Part shown: one piece after another, positions 43,989-52,666 of the stretch
How the letters are laid out: each line of letters opens with the position of its first letter
How positions within the stretch are numbered: the first letter of the stretch is position 1
Translations under genes and position numbers: made by a program
Source: an uncultured Actinomycetes bacterium
Lineage (GTDB): Bacteria; Actinomycetota; Thermoleophilia; UBA2241
DNA: 64,000 bases
NCBI GenBank assembly: GCA_963755025.1
Contig: CAVWIH010000026.1
Location: forward strand, 1 to 64,000
Direction: 5' to 3'
Notes under the pieces: model-generated
The model's input: only the letters and a program-made list of their open reading frames with translations
The model's database searches: none
What the model was told of the DNA's origin: nothing

Positions 43989-45200
43989 CTACCTCACCGA
44001 GAACGTCTTCATCGCGGACTTGCAGGCCGTGCAGCCCTTCGTGCTCGAGTAGGTCACCTGCATCTCCCACGCGCCCGCGTAGGCGAGCTTGCCCGAGGCG
44101 GTGAGCTTGCCCGACGAGCTCGCCCTCATCGTCAGCGTGCTGCGCAGGTGCCAGAACAGTACCTTCTTGCCGTTCACCGTCTTGGTCTCGCGGTGCCAGA
44201 GACGCAGTCTCGACGTGCCTTTGGCGGCCGCGGCGGGCGGCGTCAGCGTGGCCGCGAAGGCGAGCTTCTTGCCGTGGGTCAGCCGGGCCCCCTTGGCGGC
44301 GGACACGCTCGGCCTGGTGAGGCTCGTCGAGACCAGAAGGTTCATGGTGATCGGCGACGCCGTGTTCGACTCGACCTCGAAGTGCCCCACGCCCTTCCCA
44401 GTCGACTGGCCGGCGTCGTCGACGCCCGCCTTGTAGGGCACGCCGCCGAGCCAGACCTTGGCGTAGCCGTCTTCGTCGAACAGCAGGGTGTACCAGCTGT
44501 CGGTCGCCAACGTGGGGTCGGCGGAGTAGGTGAACCGGCCGTTCGCGTCGGTCGTGACCTGGTTCTCGTCGATGGGCGTGTCGCCCACCGTCACCTTGTC
44601 GTAGTGGAAGATCGACACCGTGACGTTCTGAAGCGGCAGGCCGGTGCTCGCGTCGAGCACGGTGCCGTCGATGGTGCCGGCGTAGGGTTCGAGGACGGCG
44701 TCGACGCCGGTCTTGTAGATGCCGGTCGGGGCGACGGCGAAGCTCGACGCGATCTCCTGCGCCTGCCAGTCCCACTGCCAGATGTCCGCCTGGGCGAAGA
44801 AGCCTTCGGCGTTGTCGTACCACTGCGGCCGGTAGATCGTGTCGACCCCCACGGTGGGGGCCCAGAACAGCACGGCGTAGGTGCCTTCGTAGCCGGGATC
44901 GTTCTGGTCGGGGGGTCCCCAATAGCCCGTGTCGTAGGAGAGTGTGTAGTCGCCGTCGATGTCGGTGTACTCGTCGTCGGCGGCGAACCAGGGGTCGTCC
45001 GCGTCGGGGGTGATCGTGTTGCGATAGAGGATCACGTGCACGTCCTGGAGCGGCGCGCCGGAGCCGTCGGTGACCTGGCCGGAGACGTGGAAGGGGGGAA
45101 TGGTGTCGGCGCGGGCCTGGCCCGCCCAGACCGCCATGGCGGCCGCGCCGGCGACCACCAGCGCGACGCACAGGAGCAAATGCATGCGGTTGCCGATCAT
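43989..45200 (-). CDS. Secreted protein with two carboxypeptidase-regulatory-like beta-sandwich domains and basic C-terminal domain
   Basis: Signal peptide ending ARA; SGQVTD..GAPLQDVHV and GTVLDASTGLPLQNVTV..TTDANGRF; Lys/Arg-rich tail. Confidence 0.7.
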   Translation of the reverse strand: MIGNRMHLLLCVALVVAGAAAMAVWAGQARADTIPPFHVSGQVTDGSGAPLQDVHVILYRNTITPDADDPWFAADDEYTDIDGDYTLSYDTGYWGPPDQNDPGYEGTYAVLFWAPTVGVDTIYRPQWYDNAEGFFAQADIWQWDWQAQEIASSFAVAPTGIYKTGVDAVLEPYAGTIDGTVLDASTGLPLQNVTVSIFHYDKVTVGDTPIDENQVTTDANGRFTYSADPTLATDSWYTLLFDEDGYAKVWLGGVPYKAGVDDAGQSTGKGVGHFEVESNTASPITMNLLVSTSLTRPSVSAAKGARLTHGKKLAFAATLTPPAAAAKGTSRLRLWHRETKTVNGKKVLFWHLRSTLTMRASSSGKLTASGKLAYAGAWEMQVTYSSTKGCTACKSAMKTFSVR

Positions 45201-45404
45201 CTTGAACCCCCCAGTCCTGGACCCGATTGACCCTGCTCGAGTCGGCCCCTGCCTCAGAGAGATCCTGAAGCGAAAGGCCCTACGATAATGACCATCTTAT
45301 GTGAGCAGGGAGCGCGGGCGCCAGCGGTCGCCCGGCGGGCCTGACGCACCGGCTCGACAAGCCCATCGCGCCGGCCGTATCGTGGAAGGCCTGCTACGAA
45401 AGGC

Positions 45405-48400
45405 GTGTCTGGCATGTCCCGCTTGCTCTACCGACTCGGCGCCTGGTGCGCGCGGCGCAAGGTCGTCGTCTTTCTGGCTTGGCTGGCGGTCATCGCCCTG
45501 GTGGCGGCCGGCGTGGTCGCCTTTGGGCTGCGCACCAACAACGACGTCACTCTGCCGGGCACCGGCGCCCAGCACGCCTCCGACATCCTGCGCCAGAGCT
45601 TTCCGCCCCAGCAGAACAGCCAGAGCCCGGTCGTCTTTCACGCAACGCAGGGCAAGGTCACCGACGCCGGCAACAAGCGCGCCATCGAGAGCTCGCTCGC
45701 CGCCATCGCGCACGCCGGCCACGTGGCCACTGTCACGAGCCCCTTCTCGCCGCGCGCCGGCAAGCCGCAGGTGAGCGCCGACGGCACCACGGCCGTCGCC
45801 GAGGTGCTGCTCGACGTCAACGGCTTTCAGCTCACCAAGCAGGTCGCCGCCAGCGTGATGGCCGGCGCCGACCCGGCGCGCAAGGCCGGCCTGCAGGTCG
45901 AGGCCGGCGGGTCGCTGGGCACCGTGATCTCGCAGACCAAGCCGCGCGGCAGCGAGCTGATCGGTACCGTGGCGGCGGTCATCATCCTGGCCTTCACCTT
46001 CGGCTCGCTGGTCGCCGCCGGGCTGCCGCTGGTGACCGCCCTGATCGGGCTGGGGATAGGGCTGGGCCTCGTCGGCCTGCTCGGCCACCTCGTCGCCATT
46101 CCCGACTCGGGGCCCACCGTGGCGGCCATGATCGGCCTGGGCGTGGGCATCGACTACGCGCTCTTCATCGTCTTTCGCCACCGCGACGAGCTCGCCGCCG
46201 GCACGCCGGTCGCCGAGTCGATCGCGCGCACCATGGCGACCTCGGGCAGCGCCGTGGTGTTCGCCGGCTGCACGGTCATCATCGCGCTGCTCGCCTTGCT
46301 CGTGTCGCGCGTGCCGCTGCTGGGGGCGATGGGCTACGCCGCCGGCATCGCCGTGCTGGTGGCGGTGCTGGCCGCGATCACGCTGCTGCCCGCCCTGCTC
46401 TCGCTGCTCGGCCACCGCATCGACGGGCTGCGGCTCGGCGGGCGCCGGGCCGCTGTGCGGCAGGGCGCCGGGGCGGCGACGGTCGCCGCCGGGGCGGCGG
46501 GGGAGGCCGATGCGCAGACCGCCGCTACGGCGGCGGGGGAGACTGGTGCGCAGCCTGCCGCGCGTTCGGGCGCCGACAACGTCTGGGGGCGCTGGGCGGC
46601 GCTCGTCACCCGGCACCCGTGGCTGGCCCTCGGCGCCGCCCTGCTCGTCATGGTGCCGCTGGCGCTGCCCACGCTCACCCTCAAGCTCGGTCAAGAGGAC
46701 GTGGGCGTGACGCCCACCTCGACCACGCAGCGCCGCGCCTTCGACCTGGTCTCCTCGGCCCTCGGCCCGGGCGCCAACGGCCCGCTGGCGATCGCCTCGC
46801 GGTTCGACCCGGTGGCCACGCCCAGCACCGAGTACACCACTGACAACAACAAGGCGCAGGCCCTCAAGCGCCAGATCGACGCCGGCCGGCGCAGCCTGAG
46901 CGCGAAGAGCGCGGCGCTCAAGAAAGAGCACGCCGCGCTGACCGCCGACCAGGCCGCGCTGCAGGCGCAGTCGGCGCAGCTGCACGCCGGCCAGAGCGCG
47001 CTGCAGTCACAGGCGGCCGCCTTGCAGGCACAGAGATCGCAGTTACTCGGCGAGGAGGCGGCTCTGACGGCAAGAAAGGATCGCCTCGCCGCCGAGTCGC
47101 AGGCCCTGGCCGCCAGGGGCAAGGCGCTGGCCGCGCAGATCGCCGCCGTGCAGCAGCAGATCGCCGCCTCGAGCGACCCGGCGCAGGTAGCGCAGCTCGA
47201 GGCGCAGCTCGCCGCGCTCGCGGCGCAGGCCCAATCGGTCCAGGCGCAGAGCGCGGCGCTGCAGAAGCAGGCGGCGCCGCTGGTCGCCCAGGGCAAGCGG
47301 CTCGCCGCTCAGGGCGACGCGCTCGCTGCGCAGGGCGATACGCTCAGCGCGCAGGGCGCGGCGCTGCAGGCCAAGGCGAACGACCTCGCGGCTCAGGGCG
47401 CGGCGCTGAAGCGCCGCGCCGCCAGCCTCACGAGCCGGGCCGACCAGCTCCGCCAGGAGCAGCGCCGTCTCACCGCCCAGGGCAAGCAGGCCGAGGCGCT
47501 CAAGAAGAAGCTCACGGCTATGCTCACCAAGGCGGGCGGCGAGGCGCGCGCCACCGACCCGCGCGTGGTGGCGCTGCAGGACGCGCTGGCGCGCACGGCC
47601 GGCGTGGCCTCGGTCTCCCCGCCGCGCGTCGACAAGGGCGGCGACGCCGTCATGCTCGGCGTCACCGCCACGACGCGCCCGGCCGACCCCAAGACGGTCG
47701 CCCTCGTGCGGCGCCTGCGCGACACTGTGATCCCGGCGGCCACCAAGGGCCAGGGCGTGACCGCCTACGTGGGCGGCAAGACGGCGGCCTTCGTCGACCT
47801 GGCGACGCTCATCGGCGCGCGCCTGCCGCTCGTGATCGCCACCGTGCTGGCGCTGAGCTTTCTCGTGCTGCTGCTCGCCTTTCGCTCGCTGCTCGTGCCG
47901 CTCAAGGCGATCCTCTGCAACCTGCTCGCGGTCGCCGCGGCCTTCGGCATCATCACGGCCGTCTTTCAGTGGGGCTGGGGGCTGAGCCTGGTCGGCCTGG
48001 CCAACCCCTACGGCACCGTGCCGATCGTGAGCTACGTGCCGCTGCTCATGTTCGCCGTGCTGTTCGGCATGTCGACCGACTACGAGGTCTTTCTCATCAG
48101 CCAGATCTTTCAGTTCCACGCGGCGGGGCAGGGGCCGCACGAGGCGGTGCGCTCCGGCGTGGGCACGAGCGCCCGGGTGATCACCGCCGCGGCCGCGATC
48201 ATGGTGACGGTCTTCGCCAGCTTCGTCTTGAACGGCGACCCGGTGATCAAGGAGTTCGGCGTGGGCCTGTCGATCGCCATCCTGCTCGACGCCACCATCG
48301 TGCGCCTGGTCATCGTGCCGGCCACCATGGTGCTGCTCGGCGAGTGGAACTGGTACCTGCCGCGCTGGCTGCAGTGGCTGCCGCGCATCGACCTGCCGCA

Positions 48401-48461
48401 AGAGGCGCCGGCCGGCGGCGCCGGCGAGGCGCCGGCCGGCGAAGCCGCGCCGGCGGGGTGA
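45405..48461 (+). CDS. MMPL (RND) family transporter with long Gln/Ala heptad coiled-coil insertion
   Basis: FGSLVAAGLPL, GLGVGIDYALF, GSAVVFAG, FRSLLVPLKA, FGMSTDYEVF, DATIVR and WNWYLP. Confidence 0.92.
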   Translation: MSGMSRLLYRLGAWCARRKVVVFLAWLAVIALVAAGVVAFGLRTNNDVTLPGTGAQHASDILRQSFPPQQNSQSPVVFHATQGKVTDAGNKRAIESSLAAIAHAGHVATVTSPFSPRAGKPQVSADGTTAVAEVLLDVNGFQLTKQVAASVMAGADPARKAGLQVEAGGSLGTVISQTKPRGSELIGTVAAVIILAFTFGSLVAAGLPLVTALIGLGIGLGLVGLLGHLVAIPDSGPTVAAMIGLGVGIDYALFIVFRHRDELAAGTPVAESIARTMATSGSAVVFAGCTVIIALLALLVSRVPLLGAMGYAAGIAVLVAVLAAITLLPALLSLLGHRIDGLRLGGRRAAVRQGAGAATVAAGAAGEADAQTAATAAGETGAQPAARSGADNVWGRWAALVTRHPWLALGAALLVMVPLALPTLTLKLGQEDVGVTPTSTTQRRAFDLVSSALGPGANGPLAIASRFDPVATPSTEYTTDNNKAQALKRQIDAGRRSLSAKSAALKKEHAALTADQAALQAQSAQLHAGQSALQSQAAALQAQRSQLLGEEAALTARKDRLAAESQALAARGKALAAQIAAVQQQIAASSDPAQVAQLEAQLAALAAQAQSVQAQSAALQKQAAPLVAQGKRLAAQGDALAAQGDTLSAQGAALQAKANDLAAQGAALKRRAASLTSRADQLRQEQRRLTAQGKQAEALKKKLTAMLTKAGGEARATDPRVVALQDALARTAGVASVSPPRVDKGGDAVMLGVTATTRPADPKTVALVRRLRDTVIPAATKGQGVTAYVGGKTAAFVDLATLIGARLPLVIATVLALSFLVLLLAFRSLLVPLKAILCNLLAVAAAFGIITAVFQWGWGLSLVGLANPYGTVPIVSYVPLLMFAVLFGMSTDYEVFLISQIFQFHAAGQGPHEAVRSGVGTSARVITAAAAIMVTVFASFVLNGDPVIKEFGVGLSIAILLDATIVRLVIVPATMVLLGEWNWYLPRWLQWLPRIDLPQEAPAGGAGEAPAGEAAPAG

Positions 48462-48464
48462 GCG

Positions 48465-48497
48465 CCCCACCCCGCGTAGGCAGCGTCCGCACACTTG
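48465..48497 (+). promoter_or_regulatory. Truncated copy of the upstream module
   Basis: CCCCACCCCGCGTAGGCA-N6-GCACACTTG, lacking the first box and the sigma-28 elements. Confidence 0.5.
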
Positions 48498-48499
48498 CT

Positions 48500-48759
48500 G
48501 GCGGTCCCTGAGCGCGGAGTCCGGGGGCAAAGGCGGCGGCGATCTCATCACCATCACTGGGGCGGGCTTTACGGGCGCCACCGAGGTCGACGTTGGCGCG
48601 GGCAACCCGGCCGGCGATGTGAGCGTCGACTCCGATTCGCAGATCACCTGCACCGTCCCCGCCTGGGACCCGAGCGGCACCGAGCTTCCGTACGTGACGG
48701 TGACGGTCCCGGCCGGCACGAGCGGGGGCGCTCGACGGCGTCACCTACCACTACCTGAG
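48500..48759 (+). pseudogene. Remnant C-terminal IPT/TIG domain of a third surface-protein paralog
   Basis: GGGDLITITGAGFTGATEVDVGAGNPA..QITCTVPAW..VTVTVPAGTS matches the last domain of both paralogs; no start or signal peptide. Confidence 0.65.
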
Positions 48760-48877
48760 GCGCTGACCGGCGGCGGTGAGCGGCCGGAGCGCGCGAAGCG
48801 TGACGCGCGCGCGGAGCGCTCTCGCGCCGCCCGATCGGTCGCAGGCGACGCCGGCAGCGCGGACCAGGCGCCCCCGC

Positions 48878-49049
48878 TGGGTACTGCGCCCCAGCCCTGC
48901 TAGGCACCCTCGGCACACTTGCTCTGGGGCCGTTAACTCCGGCCTGGCGGGGGTCGATAGCTTCAAGTAGACCCCGGCAAGGGGACGGATCGGCCGCTTG
49001 GCAGACCCGCGCGGTTCGAAGCCGGGAGCTAAGCGGCAGGAGGCAGATC
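48878..49049 (+). promoter_or_regulatory. Conserved upstream module copy 3
   Basis: TGGGTA 48878 and TAGGCA 48901; GCACACTTG; TTAA(48933)-N16-GTCGATAG(48953); ACCCCGGC leader; AGGAGG RBS. Confidence 0.6.
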
Positions 49050-49410
49050 GTGGGCGAGCAAGACGTGGGGCGGGCGGGCCGGCACACGGTACCGGCAGCG
49101 CCGCGGCTCACTCGTTTGGGCGCTCGCGAGGGCGCGTCGTTGGCACGGTCGGGTTCGCGCCGGCCGTCGTCGTCGCCCTTCGGCTTTCATGTAGAGGCCC
49201 CGGCGTTGCCGGGCGCCGGTGAGGTCGTGGCGTGGCTGCCGGGAACCGACGAGCTCGCGCCGTCGCTGTTCGGCGCCGCGGAGCTCGAGCCGGCTTCGCC
49301 GGGCGACCCGAAGACGCGCCCTGTCGCGTATAGCGTCGCTGTTCACCGCGGGCCTGCTCGGTGTCGTCGTGGCGCTCCTGTTCGTGCTCGCCGCGGCCGC
49401 GCCGCGATGA
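49050..49410 (+). CDS. Hypothetical protein with probable C-terminal membrane anchor (assumes indel near 49330)
   Basis: GTG with AGGAGG RBS; shifted frame ends SLFTAGLLGVVVALLFVLAAAAPR*. Confidence 0.4.
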
Positions 49411-49429
49411 CCGTGTCGTTACAGCAGAA

Positions 49430-49479
49430 CGTCGCCGAAACGACGCCCGCGGTGGTACCCGCGGGCGTCGTCGGCGACG
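49430..49479. terminator. Long hairpin between convergent transcripts
   Basis: ACGACGCCCGCGG-TGGTAC-CCGCGGGCGTCGT extended by CGTCGCCG/CGGCGACG. Confidence 0.65.
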
Positions 49480-49550
49480 CCTGCTTGTGCGCCCGTCTGG
49501 CGGGCGGCTACGTCAGCGCGATCGAGCGCGCACGACTTAGCGGGAGTCGG

Positions 49551-49643
49551 TCAGTCCCACTTCCACCACGCGCCGCTGGCGACGGCCAGGGCGACGACGA
49601 GCGCCAGGCCGATCACGACTCTGCTGTACATGAACCTTTTCAT
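49551..49643 (-). CDS. 30-aa peptide MKRFMYSRVVIGLALVVALAVASGAWWKWD
   Basis: Purine-rich RBS GAGAGGGA, ATG to TGA; same architecture as neighbouring peptide; absent from ORF track. Confidence 0.7.
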   Translation of the reverse strand: MKRFMYSRVVIGLALVVALAVASGAWWKWD

Positions 49644-49697
49644 GTTCCCTCTCTCTCGTTCACAGTTCCGCTGTGCGCCTTGGGCTGCAGCCGTGGT

Positions 49698-49793
49698 TCA
49701 GCACCACTTCTTGGCCGCGCCACTCGCCAGGGCGATCGACGCGATCAGCGCCACCATCCCGAGCCTCGGGTACTTGCCGTACAAGACTTTCAT
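49698..49793 (-). CDS. 31-aa peptide MKVLYGKYPRLGMVALIASIALASGAAKKWC
   Basis: GGGAGG RBS 5 nt before ATG; shares ASGAxxKWx ending with the downstream peptide. Confidence 0.72.
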   Translation of the reverse strand: MKVLYGKYPRLGMVALIASIALASGAAKKWC

Positions 49794-49884
49794 CTCAACC
49801 TCCCTTCGGTGACCCTTCCTGCTTGACCCTGTCACCACGCGCCGGGTCTGCGCGCCGAGCATCGACTGGTCCCACCGCTTCTCT

Positions 49885-49912
49885 ATATCGGCATCGCCTC
49901 TGTCGGACTTCA
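49885..49912 (-). promoter_or_regulatory. sigma-28-type promoter for the peptide pair
   Basis: Minus strand TGAA-N16-GCCGATAT about 90 nt upstream of the first ATG. Confidence 0.6.
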
Positions 49913-50161
49913 CTTTTGAGGCTGGCGGCGTGAGCGCAGAAACTGCCTGCAAAACGCGGGAATCAGCGAAACGCGATACTAACGTGGCAACACGTACGCC
50001 GTTGGGGAGGGGTCGCGTGGGGTGGCCGGCGGCGCCGCGAGCAGCGCGCCGTGGCGTGTCCCCCAACGAGCCGCCGACGAGCGCATCCGAGCCTGCGGCG
50101 GTATGATGCCCGACACGGATGGCGCGCCCGGCGCCCCACGATCTCAGTGAAAGGCGGCCCG

Positions 50162-50560
50162 ATGAAACCCGAGAACCTCGGCGAGTACCGCGGCCACCGC
50201 GTGACGCTGGACTGGCGCGAGGGCGGCATCGAAGAGCTGCGCATCGCCTGGACCGACTGGCTGCTCTCCATCGACGAGCAGACCTTTTACCTGGGACAGG
50301 ACACGCGCTTCGTCGAAGACGTCCTCGACTGCGACTTCGCCGACTTCGTGGCGGCGGCCCACAGGCGCGCCGACCTGATCGTGCCGGTGGGCTCGCCGGC
50401 CGGCACCGACTACGACCACGAGCTGCTCAAGGCGACCCTGGCCGCCGGCGTGCTCGACGCGCTCGAGGCGCTCTACCGCGAGCGCGGCGAGGAGTTCCTC
50501 GAGGTCGTGGGCGAGCTCGACCCCTGGGCGCTCACGGCGAACGCCAACTACGACTCGTAG
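50162..50560 (+). CDS. Acidic hypothetical protein
   Basis: Host-like codon usage; TATGAT -10 at 50102; no family recognised. Confidence 0.6.
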   Translation: MKPENLGEYRGHRVTLDWREGGIEELRIAWTDWLLSIDEQTFYLGQDTRFVEDVLDCDFADFVAAAHRRADLIVPVGSPAGTDYDHELLKATLAAGVLDALEALYRERGEEFLEVVGELDPWALTANANYDS

Positions 50561-50722
50561 GGGCGCCCATAGGGCCCACGGGCCGCAGGAGCGGCAAGCC
50601 TCAGCTTTCGCTAGAGGGTTAGCTCTGCGGTCTCGGGCTGTGCCGGCCGGCTCACGGTCTCGATTCGCGGCAAGCTCAGACACAGAGGTCGTGCCGAGCC
50701 CCGGCGGGGCCCCGATCGCCTG

Positions 50723-51073
50723 CTACTTCAGCCCGAGCGACACCTTGAGCGCCTGATCGACCGCCGCCATCGTGGGGCCGGACAGCGTTGCGAGCCTGTC
50801 TTCGAGCCAGGCGCTGGGCACTGTGCTGATGGTCTCGCAGTGGACGACGGCGGCCTGGCCGGGCTCGGCGGCCGCCAGCCTGACGAGGAAGGGGTAGTCG
50901 GGCCGCGGAGCGGTGGAGACGAGCGCCACGATGGTGCTCGGCGACGAACGGTTGCCGACGTCGTTCTGCACGATGAGCGCCGGACGGCGCCCCACGGGCG
51001 CCGGGAATGTGACCCAATAGACGTCGCCGCGCGCGGGCGCTGCCCGAGGCGCGGCCGGGGCGGCCGGAGTCAC
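50723..51073 (-). CDS. PemK/MazF-family toxin
   Basis: RGDVYWV, RRPALIVQNDVGN, CETISTV and VDQALKVSLGL. Confidence 0.88.
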   Translation of the reverse strand: MTPAAPAAPRAAPARGDVYWVTFPAPVGRRPALIVQNDVGNRSSPSTIVALVSTAPRPDYPFLVRLAAAEPGQAAVVHCETISTVPSAWLEDRLATLSGPTMAAVDQALKVSLGLK

Positions 51074-51155
51074 TCGAGGCCCACTCGCACGGGCGCGCCG
51101 TACGGGCGCGTGTCTGGTACGACGGGCGGGGCTTTGACCGGCGGAGCGGCCGGCA

Positions 51156-51398
51156 TCATTCGGGGAACGCTCGGACGGCGACGTTCGCGAGCGCCGCGAC
51201 GACGTCGAGCTGGCTGGCTCCGACGTCGGCGTAGCCCTGCGCCAGGCGTTCGGCCAGCAGATGGTCGCGCAACAGATCGAGAGCTTCGATCACGATCTGC
51301 GTTTTGCTTTCGTGGCGATCGGCGGCGAGCTGCGTGAGGAAGGCGTTGGCGGTGTCGGGCAGACGCACCTGCACCGGCGTGGTAGCGACACGAGACAT
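51156..51398 (-). CDS. Ribbon-helix-helix antitoxin
   Basis: PVQVRLP..LTQLAA..SKTQIVIEAL RHH pattern and LAQGY motif; upstream of toxin; GGAG RBS. Confidence 0.75.
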   Translation of the reverse strand: MSRVATTPVQVRLPDTANAFLTQLAADRHESKTQIVIEALDLLRDHLLAERLAQGYADVGASQLDVVAALANVAVRAFPE

Positions 51399-51646
51399 GA
51401 GCCGACTCCATTCTTCATGACCACAAGTATCAGTCGGCCGCGTGCCGCCTGCAAGCATTGTGCACCGCACGTCTGCATGTCTTCAACCATGCAAAGATGC
51501 TTGCGAGAAGCGGCGCGCGACGGGCGGGAGCGCTTGCACCAGGCCCCGTCACGACCGGCAGAACGGCCCCGACGCCCGATCGACGGCTCGGGCGAGCCCT
51601 TCTGTTAGATTCTGATAGAATCCGACACTCCCGATTTGGAGCGGTC

Positions 51647-52662
<1,016 letters not shown>

Positions 52663-52666
<4 letters not shown>

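Noticed and set aside
51400-51646. T-box leader upstream of glyQ
   Set aside because: No T-box AAGGTGGxACC sequence or terminator; a TAGAAT -10 lies only about 25 nt before the start
27112-51646. Accessory block as a prophage or ICE
   Set aside because: No integrase, structural, conjugation or replication genes and no flanking direct repeats found
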